Below, in pieces: positions 63,770 to 64,000 of a stretch of 64,000 nt of DNA (the first letter of the stretch is position 1; each line of letters starts with the position of its first letter). Source of the stretch: an uncultured Nitrospinota bacterium. GTDB lineage: Bacteria > Tectomicrobia > Entotheonellia > J063 > CAVPRW01. The notes under the pieces are model-generated. The model made no database searches, was not told where the DNA came from, and saw nothing but the letters and a program-made list of their open reading frames with translations. The stretch is taken from assembly GCA_963707985.1 (NCBI GenBank), contig CAVPRW010000008.1, positions 128,001 to 192,000 of the forward strand, read 5' to 3'. A program made the translations under genes and the position numbers.

Positions 63770-64000
63770 CTATGGCGAGGGCGCGTCCGCCGTCTTGGCT
63801 AACCCGAGCCTTTGCCGCCCACACTGTCCTGCCAGTATGGCTTCGCACCAATCCCGGTGATCGAGATACCACCGGACTGTCTCAGCTAGTCCCGTCTCGA
63901 AGCTGTGCTTAGGGGTCCACCCCAAGGACTGGCGAATCTTTGTGGCATCGATGGCATACGCCGATCGTGGCCAGGACGGTCCTGGACAAAGGTTTTCAAC
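63770..64000 (-). CDS. rfbB: 3' end of dTDP-glucose 4,6-dehydratase (runs off the window; 1-nt frameshift near 63958)
   Basis: [11 protein letters not shown] followed by [29 protein letters not shown] in the shifted frame. Confidence 0.85.
   Translation of the reverse strand, partial: VENLCPGPSWPRSAYAIDATKIRQSLGWTPKHSFETGLAETVRWYLDHRDWCEAILAGQCGRQRLGLAKTADAPSP

Overview
GC-rich bacterial chromosomal window. The gene repertoire suggests a Tectomicrobia/Entotheonella-like or deltaproteobacterium-like organism, but this is a weak inference. About 1-19.4 kb and 38-64 kb are mostly housekeeping and signalling genes: rluD-lspA, arfB, ybaK, two HisKA_2 kinases plus a response regulator, a decayed small-GTPase operon, nucleoside hydrolase, smpB-ssrA, ampG, a fused IOR, a TPP enzyme, an amidase with a GatC-like partner, glgP, DUF4301 and rfbBCD. 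The most striking feature is the tmRNA gene (18774-19390, tag ANEELALAA), whose T-loop is interrupted by a compact 263-nt ORF-less group I intron (19113-19375). Removing the intron restores a perfect T-arm and alanine acceptor stem. Directly downstream lies a roughly 18.7-kb decayed accessory island (about 19.4-38.1 kb). It holds IS4, IS3/IS481-like and other IS remnants, an XRE regulator, TIR, SNase, DUF5131 and TPR genes or fragments, and a solitary integron attC. It also holds a hybrid IS4 element made of two inverted transposase 5' ends inserted with a 10-bp duplication into the apex of a long palindrome, an iteron-like repeat cluster, and a decayed RIT element between two convergent paralogues with sigma54-type promoters. 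Several otherwise intact genes carry single-base frameshifts, which may be sequencing errors or real decay. All product calls come from motif recognition by eye; no searches were run.
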